From: Torpedo marmorata
Taxonomy: Eukaryota
NCBI GenBank assembly: GCA_977017645.1
Contig: OZ360239.1
Coordinates: forward strand, 71,672,001-71,736,000
Reading direction: 5' to 3'
DNA length: 64,000 bases
The position numbers were made by a program, and so were the translations under genes. Shown one piece after another: positions 50,701 through 63,641 of the stretch (position 1 is its first letter; the number at the start of each line of letters is the position of its first letter). The notes under the pieces were generated by a model, which had not been told where the DNA came from, made no database searches, and was given only the letters and a program-made list of their open reading frames with translations.

Positions 50701-53700
50701 TTGCCCATCCATGCTTGTCAGTGGTAAGACTCCTTCGTGTTATGTAAGTCCTTGTGGTGAAGGTTGTCCCACACTGCTACTGAAGGACCTGCTGAGTTAA
50801 ATGTTTTCCTCGAGTGCAGGATCTTACACTTGTGCTTTCCAGCAAACATTTGCTTATGAACCTCGGAACTAGAATGGTTTGAAAGCTTCCCAATGTCCAA
50901 AAAGAAGACTGTGTTCAAAATTCCAACTTAGTCCCATGTGTATCACAGACCATGGAACAGTTTGCCTATGTTTTATATGCTGCCCTGATTAATATGGTGT
51001 TTTGGGCCAAAACATCATTTCATTAAGAATGTGAAGGAAGGCAAGTTTCCTGGGAATAGAGACATTATTTGAGGCTGTCCGTTACCTCAGCAGTTACACA
51101 GACAGCAAATTGTTGTGAGCAAATTACTGGACGATAATTCACTGGAAGGGATCAGATGACATAATACAACAGGAGGGCCAAGCTCAATCAGCTAGAACGT
51201 AGTGTTTTGAATTCCAGACAGTCCTTCATCTTTTACTGTCCTGGAGTTTAATTCCATTAGAAGGCTCAGTTGAAATGACTTTTTCAGAGCTTATCAGAAG
51301 GCCACTTGCCAGGTTTTAGAAGTCGCACCTTTTAATTGTCCAGCATGTAGTTTTGTAAAGTTGTGTATAACATGACATGACAATGTTTTATAAAGCCGTA
51401 CAACATAGGGTTAATGATGGGATTAGATGCCAGGATGAAGGAGTGGCACTAATGTTATTTTACAAGGGTCGACCTACTTATCTAAAACCAATTGAAGCTT
51501 GCACAGTGCCAAATATTAAACTGGCAGAGGCACCATTATTCTAAATCCCCCATTAGTTTGCCCACCTGCCAAATCTGGAAGGGGGAAGACTAATGAGAGG
51601 GATTTAACATAATGAGGGGGGTCGACAGGATTGGTGTTGAGGTGAGGGATCGAGAGACCAAACGAGAGGACATTATCTAGTGGCAACTTTGATCCACCCA
51701 ATATGTTATAGTCTGTGACAAATTCACTGGACCCCCTCCCACATCAGGGCGAACTTCCTAAACACATCGAAATGGCAACTGGATTAGTAGATGAGAATTA
51801 GGATATGCTGAAAGGATGAGAAGAGACTAGAAAGAGGTGCATGGAATCAGCAGTGAATAATTGGAGTGAATGGTTTTGCTTCTCAAGTAAAATTCTGTGC
51901 TATGTACATTTGCCTACAAATGCACCTTATCCTTGGCACCACTGAACTTCCGTAGAATTACATTCTCCTCTGTACTGCACAACCATTTCTACCTGGGCTA
52001 CGCATTGTCATTTAGTGTAAAGATATTTTCCTTTTTTTTTATTATTTCCATAGTTCCATTAGATAAATGGAGGCAATTGCTTTTATTTTTAAATCTCACA
52101 AACCATAATGCCTCACTAAAAACAACCATCAAATTAATTTTGATTAATACCTGCCTTTGTTTCTGTGCAATTCTTAGAGTTTTTATATAAAAAATCTTGA
52201 ATTGATTGATTTCACAGCCAGCATAGATTTATTTCCATCCAATTTTATAGCTGTCGTAATATGTGCTGAACCTGTTACTGTTGCTATTCATGAAATGTCA
52301 ATGCAAAAAGAGAATTATAGTGCAACGTGACAAGGACACAGCTGTTGCTGTGTAATAAGTTCAGGCAACAACAAAATAACAGTTGCAAGGACCGGTAGAA
52401 CAGTAATTTTCACCAAACGGAGCTCTGTTCTTGATGCTCAGCAGGAGCTAAAAAAACAAAATAATGATATGATGTGTACTGTCAGCATTCTTAGTGTAAT
52501 GGCTGGTAGAGAGAAAGTTTACGACTATGGAGAATTTAATGAGTGTTTGTGCTATTTATGTGAAATCATATATCATGTTTGTTCAGCTGCTGTCATGGTT
52601 AGCTGCACAACCGGAAAAAATGATGTTTTGTTTATTCCCCCTCTCCAAATTCCATCACCGCATTCTAAAATAAAACCTCATGTCTGTACCAAGCAAATAT
52701 CAGCTTTTGAAATCAATCCAGTTTCGATGTTTGCACCTCTGAAGGATAATTCCTTGCGACTCTGTAGTCTGAATACAAAACCGTGTCGAATCCCCAAAAT
52801 GAATGCTGTAGAAAAGGCACAAGCAGAAAGTGAATATTGACAGTTTTGGAATTGTATTCAGCTGTTGTTTTCATTGTAACCTTGCCAGTAAGTGTTTAGA
52901 CTGTTTCCTCCAATTCCTAGATAAAATGTTTAGCAGAAGGAAAAAGAAATAATGTTCACATTCACTTAAAAATCTAAACAAAGCCTATCTTTGAAGGATC
53001 AGGCATAGAATGTGTCTCAAGTTTTAGGCTGGAATACCCTTTGAACCTGAAGCAGCTCCTCCCCCGCCCAAAGTATCGTGTACGTTATTATCCATAAGCA
53101 AACTCCCTTTGGTCTAGTTGATTAATTTGCTTTGATATTTGGAGAAAATTAGCTGTTTTTGCTAAATCTTCCAAAGAAGGGAAGGCAATTTGTGAAATGA
53201 CCCATTTATTTTGCTGTACTTTGTATTCTGAGTGCAGTGTAAAGGCAAATATTCAGGATTAATAGTAAACAAAGTTTGTGCATTTAAGAGCCAGTAGTTC
53301 AAGGGAATTTTTAAGATCGAGTCGCATCCCATGAGCATTCTGCTGTTTGTACTTTGTGACTTTTCCCTTTGCCTGTTTTTTTTCTTAATTTACAGTCTGA
53401 CCTGATGCTCAGAAGCAGCAACAGTATATCTGGATATCCACGGCAAAACTGATAGCCAGGAACAAGCAAATCTTGTGTTTTGATTCCAATTTTACCTTAG
53501 TCATGACTCTACAGATACAAGGAACATTGAATTCTAGATCTCCTGCAGCTGGCAGAGATCTCCAGGCCAGCTGTGTTAAATGTATTTTTACCTTTGTCTC
53601 ACTGCCAGCTTTTGAGCTCTGTGAAAAATAAAATAAAATGTTTCACGTCCCAGCTGAACTGTTAAAAGAGATTTAAAAGGGAAGTTGTAACCATAGGCAC

Positions 53701-55241
53701 CTAATTTGCTAGCAAACAAAGTGAGCTATTCTTTTATTTTGAAGATAGGCTTGTATAACAAACTGTGGAAAGAAAGACCTTTTCAGATATCACCGTAGAT
53801 GGAAAAGTAGAAAGAATGTTGGCTCATTAATCTTGTCAGGCCTGATCTCACTGAATTTAAGATTTCCATTCTGGTCAGTGCAAGAATGTTCACACGGAAC
53901 AAGAATTTTTATTATATGACCTCAAATTGATTAAATTGCAACAAATTATGAATGTAAAGCATGTTATTTTTTCAAAAGACTTAATTCTCTTGTATAAAGG
54001 GAAGACCAGTTAGTGGCAGGCATTGTGTCTGGTAGCTTGGAAAAAAGGGTGAGAGTATCAAAATGAACTTTGGTTGATGCCAGTTTGCAGCAGTGTTGAC
54101 TGTTAACTCTCAGGGTTGTAAGAGTTGCAGGATTGATTAGTGCTCTTTATTTGTTATCTTTGCTCTGAAACACCCCAGCATGCAAAATGACTACTTTACA
54201 TTTGTTCAGTCTTGTTTGTTATCACTCGTGTACCACTACTCTTTAATAATTAGATTTTTTTTGGTCCTGCCTGCGAGACAGATATCACCGCCAGAAATTT
54301 GCATATCATTTTCATCTTGGAATGCAGTTCAAACTAAATTCCCATCCACTGCATTAATGTGTTATTCATTATATAAACGTTACTCTAACATTACTACAGA
54401 GACCAGGAATTTGGCTGATATTCACTATTTTGGTATCTGTGTTTCCAGTGCTCAGAAAGAACTTTTTCCAGTTTTAGCAGCTGTAAGATATTTAAACATT
54501 CCTTGTAATGGCATCTAATGATAAATATACCCCGTGGTCTTGAACTGAGCATTATCGCTGGCAAATTGCCATTTCCCTGGCAGTAAAAGCTCGATCAGGC
54601 CCCTTTCTGTAAGGAGAATGTGCATTAATATCTATGCTGGCAATATCTGTGCTCTGGAAATAAGATATTTGCAAGATTAAGTTGTTACCTAGAACAGGTT
54701 AGAAAAAAAAAATCGGAAACTTCCCAGATTGAGTAATGTTTCATTATTTTGCTATTTCAAGCTGAGCATTGTTTAAAGGCAAAGCAGATTTCTGACAGAC
54801 TTGTTGAAACTCAAGTTAATATTTATAATTGCTTTGCTCGAACTTTAATCCTCCTGACCCAAAAGCAGTCACAGTCCTTGGATACCAAGTTGCATTTCAA
54901 TCATATCCACATGCCCACCCCCTACTTCATCTCCTTTGATTGTGTTCCCGAGGGCTGGAACTGACCAAACACACATCTGCCTCGTTGCCTGCGATATTGA
55001 TTTTCACCATCACTTTTCCTCCCACTGACCAAAAGCAGGAAAACCACAGAGAATGCAAAGTATTTTTGAAAGTCCTGCCTAGTTGATGTTGTCTGGTGTG
55101 ATTCCCTGAAAGAGAGCATCCTCCAGTCCCCACACCCGCCATTTAGTTTTGCTTCTGTATTAAAGGTCAGAGCCAATGTAACTGTGGCGTGTGCTTTCAC
55201 TGAGCTTCTCTCTCACCGTGCGTGTTTCATGGCTGTTGCAG

Positions 55242-55440
55242 GCTGATCTTGCCCTATGAAAGATATATCAAAGGAGAAGAGGACAAGCCTCTACCCCCAA
55301 TCAAGCCTCGGAAACAGGAGAACAGCTCCCAAGAGACAGAAAGCAAGATGAAGTCAGCTGGAAACAAACGGAAAAGTGACCAAAACAGAAAAGTGAAAAA
55401 AGAGAAGGACGCCACTCAGAAAATGAAAGACTACTCTGAG
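55242..55440 (+). CDS. ARID5B: ARID5B coding exon (exon 9 equivalent; end of ARID domain and basic region)
   Basis: Acceptor ttgcag, donor GAG|gttagt. 199 bp, phase 2 to 0. LILPYERYIKGEEDKPLPPIKPRKQENSSQETE...DYSE. The large terminal exon was not seen in the window. Confidence 0.96.
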
Positions 55441-56447
55441 GTTAGTGTTGATCCCTTCTCCCCTGTAAATCTATTTACTTTTGCTGTGTTACAACATCGT
55501 GAGTCAGTGTTAGTTCTGCTTCTCGAAAGTGCCAGGTATTTTATTTCTGAAACTCTCAGCATGTTGGAAGTAGATGATACTTTTTGAAACTGTCCCATTT
55601 CTACAATTTGCAACTTTTACAGAGGCAGCAAAGCTACAAGGCATGTGGCATCAGCAGGATTTAAACCATTTAGTTCAGTGCTGGACAAACATTCTCATCT
55701 AACCATGGGTTCCTGGCCAGGATTGTCGCATAATACTAGCCATATTTTCCTTTAAGTATGTCTCGAATCAACCTGCAGCCTTTACACTGGTACTCAGTTC
55801 CAGATACAGGGATTGCTGCACTTGGAGCTGTATATAGCATCGGTTGTGGAGTGACAAGTGCTTTTGCCAAATTATGCTATTAATTTATAGTGTTGCTCCC
55901 TGGCTTGGTGCGAAATTCTTGTATAGTCTAGTGTGTAGAATTGCCAGGTGCTTTAATCTGTACTATGCACACGTGATTTGGTGTTGCACATTCGTCTGCC
56001 GTAGCCACATGGTTCATTTTGACTGTGGTCACATGGTTTGGTATGTGCTTTCACCACGGTTCACTTTATACGATTGCCATGTGGTTGATGCTTCATGTTG
56101 CTGCGTGACTTGTTTTGTACCATTCCGCGTGATCTGCTGGATACCGTTCCACATGGTTTGGTTGATGCCCTGGGTGCTGGTTTCACACGTGCTCATCAAA
56201 CTGATGCTCAGTTTGGGTTTCACGGGGTCCACTTGGCTCTCGACCAAAGAACTGATTTCCAAAAGTGATATTTATTTGTCTCCTGGCTGTAGACATCATT
56301 TTAACTGCCAGTCCTTGAAAGGTCAGATGGATTGGTGGGGTCTGACGGCACACGTGGAGCAGGCTGAGCATAGAGAGGAGCTTCCTTCCCGGCTGAATTT
56401 TAGTACAGTAAAATCCCTGTTTATCCGGAATTCAAGCAACTGGCAAC

Positions 56448-59400
56448 CATATAACCATATAACATTTACAGCACAGAAACAGGCCAGTTCGGCCCTTCAA
56501 GTCCATGCTGCACACATTCTCCCACCTAGTCCCACTGACCCGCACCCGGCCCATAACCCTCCACACCTCTCTCGTCCATATACCTATCCAACTTTTCCTT
56601 AAACATTAAAATTGAACCTGCATCTACCACTTCGGCCGGAAGCTCGTTCAACCCTCCTACCACCCTCTGAGTGAAGAAATTCCCCCTCATGTTTCCTCTA
56701 AACTTTTCCCCCTTCAATCTCAATACATGCCCTCTTGTTTGAATCTTCCCCACTCTCAATGGAAAAAGCCTGTCCACATTGACTCTATCTTTCCCCTTCA
56801 TAATTTTAAATACCTCTATCAAATCACCCCTCAACCTTCTTCGCTCCAGGGAATAAAGTCCCAGCCTGTTCAACCTTTCCCTATAACTCAAACCCAGAAA
56901 CCCAGGCAACATTGTTGTAAATCTCCTCTGCACTCTCTCTATTCTGTTTATATCCTTCCTGTAATTCGGCGACCAAAACTGCGCACAATATTCCAAATTT
57001 GGCCTCACAAATGCCTTATACAACTTCAACATGACATCCCAACTCCTATATTCAATACTCTGATTTATGAAGGCCAACATACCAAATGCTTTCTTCACCA
57101 CCCTATCTACGTGTGACTCAAGTTACAGGGAATTATGTACCAGAATTCCTAAATCCCTCTGTTCTACTGCACTTCTCAATTGTCTTCCATTTAACATGTA
57201 TGACCTTTGCTGATTAATCCTACCAAACTGTAGCACTTCACATTTATCAGTATTAAATTCCATCTGCCATGTTTCCGCCCACTCTTCTAACTGTCCTATA
57301 TCCCCCTGTAAGCTTTGATATCCCTCTTCACTGTCCACAACACCACCAATCTTCGTATCATCTGCATACTTACTAATCCAATTTACCACCCTATCATTTA
57401 GATCATTAATATATATGACAAACAACAATGGACCCAGTACCGATCCCCGAGGCACTCCACTAGTCACCGGCCTCCAATTTGACAAACAATTTTCCACCAC
57501 TACTCTCTGGCATCTCCTATCCAACCATTGTTGAATCCATTTCACTACTTCGTCGTTAATACCTAATGCTTGAACCTTCCTAACGAGCCTCTTATGCGGA
57601 ACCTTGACAAATGCCTTACTAAAGTCCATATAGACAACATCCACAGCCTTCCCCTCGTCAACCCTCTTAGTAACCTCATCGAAAAAGTCTATGAGATTTG
57701 TCAAACATGATCTACCACGAACAAAACCGTGTTGACTACTCCTAATCAATGCTTGTCTTTCCAAATAACTGTATACACCATCTCTTAGAACACTCTCCAT
57801 TAATTTACCTACCACCGATGTCAGACTCACAGGCCTATAATTTCCAGGTTTACTTTTGGAGCCCTTCTTAAACAGCAGGACAACATGAGCTACCCTCCAA
57901 TCCTCCGGCACCTCCCCCGTGGCCAGTGACATTTTAAATATTTCTGTCAGAGCCCCCACTATTTGTACACTAACCTCCCTCAGGGTCCACAGGAATATCC
58001 TGTCAGGACCTGGAGATTTATCCACCTTTATACTCTTTAAAATAGCCAATACTACCTCCTCATTAATCTTTATATTATCCATGAGCTCACTGCCAGATTT
58101 CCTTACCTCCCCTGGCTCAATATTCCTTTCCTTTGTAAATACTGAAGAAAAAAATTCATTTAAAATCTCCCCCATCTCCTCTGACTTCTCACATAGCCTA
58201 CCCGTCTGATCCTCAATGGGCCCAATTTTATCCCTCACTATTCTTTTGCTTTTAATGTACCTGTAGAAACCCTTTGGATTTATTTTTACCTTGCCTGCCA
58301 AAGCAGCCTCATATCTCCTTTTAGCCTTTATAATTTCTTTCTTAAGATTTTTTTTACACTCCTTATATTCCTCAAGGACCTCATCTATTCCCTGCTGTCT
58401 ATACCTGTTGTACACATCCTTTGAACCAAATTCCCAATATCCTTTGAAAACCAAGGCTCCCTATATTTTCTAACTCTTCCTTTAATCCTCACAGGGACAA
58501 ACCGACTCTGTACTCTCAAAATTTCCCCTTTGAGTATCCTCCATTTATCTGTGACATCCTTTCCTAAAAATAAATTATCCGAATCCTCACCCTCTAAATC
58601 CTTCCTCATCTCCTTGAAACTTGCCTTATTCCAATCAAGAATCTCAACCTTAGGCCCAGCCCTATCCTTCTCCATTATCAACCTAAAACTAATGGTATTA
58701 TGATCACTAGACCCAAAGAGTTCCCCAACACAAACCTCTGTCATCTGACCTATCTCGTTCCCAAATAGGAGATCCAATACTGCCCCCTCTCTCGTCGGTT
58801 CTTCTATGTATTGATTTAGAAAACTTTCCTGAACACATTTGACAAACTCCAACCCATCCTGCCCTATTACAGTATGGGCATCCCAGTCAATATGTGGAAA
58901 GTTAAAATCACCTATAATCACCACCTTATGTTTATTACACATATATTCTATCTCCTTACAAATTTCCTCCTCTAATTCCCTCTGCCCATTCGGTGGTCTA
59001 TAATACACTCCCATTAGTGTTTTCATGCCTTTCCCATTCCTCAATTCCACCCAAATAGCCTCACTAGACGAGCCCTCCAATCTATCCTGCCATAGCACCG
59101 CTGTAATGCTTTCTCTAACAAGCACTGCGACCCCTCCACCTTTTATCCCCCCTGTTCTATCACGCCTAAAACAACGGAATCCAGGAATATTTAGCTGCCA
59201 ATCATGCCCCTCCTGCAACCAAGTTTCACTGATGGCTACAATATCATATTTCCATGTATCAATCCATACTCTAAGCTCATCCACCTTTCTTACAATGCTC
59301 CTTGCATTGAAATATATACACTTGAGAGAATGTCCCCCACATACACTCCTTTGATTACCCTCTCCTTCATTAACTTTAACATTCTGGTTCCTCTCTTTCT

Positions 59401-60400
59401 TCAAATCTAGCTGTTCTTCTACCCTACTCTCCACATTCTCATTCTGATTCCCACCCCCCTGCCAAACTAGTTTAAACCCTCCGCAACAGCTCTAGCAAAC
59501 CTACCTGCCAGGATATTGGTCCCCCTCCAGTTCAAGTGCAGCCCGTCCCTTTTGAACAGGTCAGACCTTCCCCAGAAGAGATTCCAATGATCCACAAATG
59601 TGAACCCCTGCCCCCAGCACCAACTCTTTAGCCACACATTCATCCTCCACATCTTCCTATTCCTACCCTCTCTAGCGCGTGGCACAGGCAGCAATCCTGA
59701 GATTACCACCCTTGAGGTCCTGCTTTTTAACTTCCTTCCTAACTCTTTATATTCCTTCTTCAGGACCTCATCCCCATTTCTTTCTATGTCATTGGTCCCC
59801 ACGTGGACCACGACACCTGGCTGCTCGCCCTCCCCCTCCAGAATGCTGAGTACTCGATCAGAGACATCCCTGACCCTGGCACCTGGAAGGCAACATACCA
59901 ACCGGGAGCTCCGATCTTGTCCAGCAAACCTCCTATCTGTTCCTCTAACCAGCGAGTCCCCAATTACAAAAGCTCTCCTCTTTTCCCCCCTTCTCTTCTG
60001 AGCCGAGGGGCCATCCCCCGTGCCAGAGACCTGACCCCCGCGACTTGTCCCTGGTAGGTCCCCCCCCTCAACAGTATCCAAAACAGTATACTTATTATTG
60101 AGGGGAACGGCCACAGGGGTTCCCTGCACTGTCTGTCTACCCCCCTTCCCTTTCCTCACAGTCACCCAGTTAGCTGACTCCTGTCTATTTGGGGTGACTG
60201 TCTCCCTGAAACTCCTGTCTATGACTACCTCTGCCTCCGTCATGATCCGAAGTTCATCCAGCTGCAACTCCAGTTCCCTAACATGGTCTTGCAGGAGTTG
60301 CATCTGGATGCACCTTTTGCAGGTCTGGTCAACAGGAACATTTGTGATGTCCCTGACCTCCCACATCCTGCATTCGGAACACATGACTAACCCAACTAAC
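56448..60400 (-). mobile_element. Near-full-length CR1 LINE: ORF1 (Cys motif plus SGNH esterase) and ORF2 (APE endonuclease plus RT)
   Basis: ORF1 59467-~60400 is open: CSEC...CKRC, VIGDSLVR, VHVGTND, DGLHLN. ORF2 has YFNARS, ISETW, GDFN, SDHN and YADDTK, with one frameshift near 58400-58450 and one stop at 57123. Short tandem 3' tail (ATATGGTT)n. No 5' UTR visible. Confidence 0.95.
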
Positions 60401-61189
60401 CTCAAGCAACCGGCAAAAAAATACTGAACATTTGGTTATTTTTTAAATAATTGCACACTACACTGCAGCATTTGACTAGAGTGGCATCAGGAATCATGGG
60501 AAGGTTGACGTCTGTGTGCATCAAGGTGAAAGCACTTCACGGGATTGAGCCATAGCCTGCACAGGAGAAGGTGGTCGTGGCTGTTGGAGGAAATTAATTT
60601 CAGCCCTTCCCTGTCATTAAAGAGCTCCTCAGAGCAGTGTCCAAGGTCCAACCCTCTTCAGCTCCTCCTTCAATGACCTGCCTTCTATTAGAATTGGAGC
60701 TGTTTGCTGGCTGTTGGACAGCATTCAATTGCACTCATAAATCCTCAAACCTCAAAGTGAATCAGTCTGTGCCTAGATGGAGCAAAACACAGGCATTCCA
60801 CGTGATTGGCATCTCATCCATCATCCAGACTTTCTTTCCCTGTATTGATGGTGCCCTTTGTCTGCCTGACATGCCAACATGCACAGCAGTTATTCAACCA
60901 GACTACTTCTGACAGCATCTATACCTTTTTGGGGGATCAGGGCATCAATGCAAGGCAAGCATTCATTGCCCTTGGGAAGAGAGATGCGTTGGATCACTGT
61001 GGTCCCTCTGGAGACGAGGGGCCGGTGATGTATCTGCAGATCAAAATGGCATGTGACTTGCACTAGCCTCCATTTGATTATGAATTGCTCCACTGTTGGC
61101 AGCTATGCCTTCCTTAAAAAATCCTGCTTTTACTTCCCCCCCCTGCAAGATAATCCTTACAAATCTCCCACTTGACCAATCTGACCTTA

Positions 61190-61715
61190 TGTCCTCCTTT
61201 CCGTTAGATAGCATTGCTTTGAAACTCTTTGCTGCATTAAAGGTGACATAAAAACACACCTTTGCCCATGGCCTCGTGTATTGCCAAATCGAGGCCACCT
61301 GCAAGTTGGTGGAACAACACCCTTTATTCTGTCTCGGCCAGTCTCCAACAAGACGACATTAATATCCGCCTCTAATTTCCCTTAACCACAACCCCCCCTC
61401 CCCGGTTTCTCTCTTTCCCCACCCCTCTGTCTCCTTTCCTGCAGCTCCACACCCCTTCCCTTCCTTCTCCTATCAGAGAGCTACCCTTCTTAGCCCTCTT
61501 TCACTTCTCAGCTTTATTCTCTGTTAGCCTTGCTCCTCCCCTTCCCCTTCTTCCCTCCTCTCCTCTCCAGCACCCCCCCTCCCCACCTTTTATTCAGGTG
61601 TACACCTGTTTATTCCTCATTCCTGACAAAGGGACCAGGTTCGAAACGTTGGTTACCTTTTACTCCCTATGGTTGCTGCATGACCCTAGTTTCTCCAGCA
61701 CATTGCTTGTTTAAC
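61190..61715 (+). mobile_element. Decayed Penelope 3' fragment
   Basis: catggcctcgtgtattgcc...ggaacaacac, a pyrimidine tract, and cctgacaaaggg...cgaaacgttgg...tttctccagc. Confidence 0.65.
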
Positions 61716-61884
61716 TCCATATATAAACAGATGCCTTTATCACTGTATTACTGCGGTGGGGGTTTATCTACACCCTTTGAATGGAAGAGCGTGGATGATG
61801 GCCTGTTCGATACACACCACTGTTTTGGATTTGCTGTTTGCCTCCGCTGGTGGTGTTGCTTTGTGCTCTTGGTGTATACAGTCT

Positions 61885-62276
61885 NNNNNNNNNNNNNNNN
61901 NNNNNNNNNNNNNNNNNNNNNNNNNNNNNNNNNNNNNNNNNNNNNNNNNNNNNNNNNNNNNNNNNNNNNNNNNNNNNNNNNNNNNNNNNNNNNNNNNNNN
62001 NNNNNNNNNNNNNNNNNNNNNNNNNNNNNNNNNNNNNNNNNNNNNNNNNNNNNNNNNNNNNNNNNNNNNNNNNNNNNNNNNNNNNNNNNNNNNNNNNNNN
62101 NNNNNNNNNNNNNNNNNNNNNNNNNNNNNNNNNNNNNNNNNNNNNNNNNNNNNNNNNNNNNNNNNNNNNNNNNNNNNNNNNNNNNNNNNNNNNNNNNNNN
62201 NNNNNNNNNNNNNNNNNNNNNNNNNNNNNNNNNNNNNNNNNNNNNNNNNNNNNNNNNNNNNNNNNNNNNNNNNNNN
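61885..62276. other. Assembly gap (392 N)
   Basis: Run of N. Confidence 1.
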
Positions 62277-62383
62277 ATAAATTGTAAATTTCTGGAATTT
62301 TCCATTTAATATTTTCGGACTGCGGTTGACTGCGGGTAACTGAAACCACGGAAAGCGAAACCACGGATAAGGGGGGACCACTG
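62277..62383 (-). mobile_element. pogo/Tigger-family terminus resembling MER44/Tigger7
   Basis: Minus strand reads TA-CAGTGGTCCCCCCTTATCCGTGGTTTCGCTTTCCGTGGTTTCAGTTACCCGC... and is truncated by the gap. Confidence 0.75.
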
Positions 62384-62924
62384 TATTCTGGTTCACGCCT
62401 TTGCTATGAGGTTTGGCACATCTTGTTAGGGAATTGCGGTGATGATGCAAAGTTTAATTCAGCCAACCTGCCATGTTTGCTCTGCATTTATAGGTCACAG
62501 TGGTTCTTGGGTCCCTTCCACAAATTTTCAGGTATCAGAAACTAGTGGTTGTGACCTTGTGGTGAATTTTCTTCAACCCGAAATATTTCCACCCTCTGGC
62601 TGGCAAGTTCATCCATATCATTGATGAATTTTCCCTCCAAAAAGAATGGCAGATTAGGAAGGTGCAAATTTCTGTCAGGGAAAAACTATTGCATGCAGGA
62701 TTGTGTTCAACTGGAAGGGTACAAAAGGTAATGTAGATGTGTTGGGCCTTTTAGTTTCTGGACTGTGGAATGCTCCCATCTAGTGGTTTGGCCGAGAACT
62801 GACGACAAAAAAAACTGAGCCTGGCATTAGGAACTGCTGACTCTGCACTTGGAAGCTTCGGATCCAGACACTTAAATTTCAATGAGAACTACATTGTTTC
62901 CAATCGGGTTCCTGCTGACAGCTT

Positions 62925-63110
62925 GGGTTGCAACAGTGGTAGCACTGTGCTACCTCACAGCTCTAGTGATCCAGGATCAATCCTGATCTTGGTTCCTGTC
63001 TGTGTGGAGTTTGCACGTTCTCCCTGTGGGCTTCCTCTAGGTGTCCAGTTTCCTCCCACATCCCAAAGACGCGCGGGGATGGTGGGTTAATTGGCCGCTG
63101 ACAATGGACG
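62925..63110 (+). mobile_element. Degenerate V-SINE-like SINE
   Basis: Core tgtgtggagtttgcacgttctccctgtggg...tttcctcccacatcccaaagac. Confidence 0.7.
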
Positions 63111-63563
63111 CTAGTGCACAGGTGAGTCATACAGCAGAGAAACGAGCACTTTGGCCGACTGAGTTTGAGTTGACCATCAAGCCCCATTTACTCTGCACCT
63201 ATTTTATTCCCTCCATGTTCACCCCTCACAAGAGTTTATCATTCACCTTGCAGTCTATGAGAAGAATACAACGGGATCAGTGTAGGATTAATGGAATTGG
63301 TTGCTTGATAGCATGGATTCGATGGGCCAAAGGGCCTGTTTTCATGATGTATGATTCTGTGACTGGGACCAGCACTGAAACAAATATCTGGGTAGAGGGA
63401 TAGAGCTACCCCCACATTCCTGCTTCTCTCCCTCACTGATCCTGGTACAGAGGACACGAGGTGCGATTCCTACTCTGGGTTCAGAGTTCCTCTCCCAGTT
63501 AGATGACTGGGGAACATTCTGGCAATGGTTCAATGGGCAATGAACAGTTTCCCCACAAGGTTT

Positions 63564-63641
63564 GACCTGCTGAGTTTCTCCAGCATTTTGTGTTTTTACT
63601 TCAACCACGGTGTCTTCAGATTTTCGTGTTTTACGATTTAC
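63564..63641 (+). mobile_element. Penelope 3'-terminal stub with tail
   Basis: gacctgctgagtttctccagc...cagattttcgtgttttac. 15-bp flank duplication TTCCCCACAAGGTTT (63549-63, 63642-56). Confidence 0.8.

Noticed and set aside
55844-56602. 252-aa Cys/His/Val-rich ORF, or the ARID5B terminal exon
   Set aside because: No recognisable domain or ARID5B similarity. It is low-complexity TG-rich sequence running into a MITE and the antisense CR1 tail.
61530-62450. Long ORFs containing X runs
   Set aside because: Artefacts of translating across the N gap.
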